This document shows positions 63,865 to 64,000 of a stretch of 64,000 bases of DNA, piece by piece. The notes beneath the pieces are model-generated. The model saw only the letters and a program-made list of their open reading frames with translations. It did no database searches and was not told where the DNA came from. The number at the start of each line of letters is the position of its first letter. Position 1 is the first letter of the stretch. Where the stretch lies: contig NC_058368.1 of assembly GCF_018350175.1 (NCBI RefSeq), positions 203,424,001 through 203,488,000 of the forward strand, in the 5' to 3' direction. Source of the DNA: Felis catus (taxonomy: Eukaryota). Made by a program: the position numbers and the translations under genes.

Positions 63865-64000
63865 GGGCACTTGGGTGGCTCAGTTGGTTAAGTGTCTGAC
63901 TTCAACTTCAGCTCAGGTCATGATCTCATGGTACATAGGTTAGAGCTCCGCATCAGGCTCCACATTGGGATTCTTGGTAATCCCTGCTTGGGATTCTGTC
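63865..64000 (+). mobile_element. Can-SINE, cut off by the window end
   Basis: 'gggcacttgggtggctcagttggttaagtgtctgacttc…'. Confidence 0.9.

Noticed and set aside
5627..63943. Many 60-110 aa ORFs with recurring peptides such as 'GAPGWRSRLSVRLQPGHDLAV…' and 'AQSVKRPTSAQV…'
   Set aside because: They are translations of Can-SINE copies, not a repeated protein family.

Overview
This is AT-rich mammalian nuclear DNA from a felid (cat family). The assignment rests on about 35 tRNA-derived carnivore SINEs (Can-SINE/SINEC_Fc type, including seven near-identical young feline copies) and a young feline-type L1. Much of the window is interspersed repeats: a ~10 kb stack of co-oriented, nested old L1 fragments (~5-15.4 kb), further L1 3' ends, MaLR/ERVL solo LTRs, MIR/L2 relics, hAT-Charlie relics and microsatellites. 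Almost all ORFs in the supplied track come from repeats or are chance ORFs. I recognise no known gene, RNA gene, CRISPR array or prokaryote-like system. Several minus-strand segments between 19.5 and 63.5 kb have canonical splice signals and partly compatible phases. They may be exons of an unidentified gene or a decaying pseudogene, but confidence is low. The + strand bias of old L1s and LTRs is consistent with a minus-strand transcription unit. I cannot support a claim of a new biological system. The best leads are the candidate exon chain and several unusual retrotransposition footprints. Repeat family names are from memory, and boundaries of old repeats are approximate.
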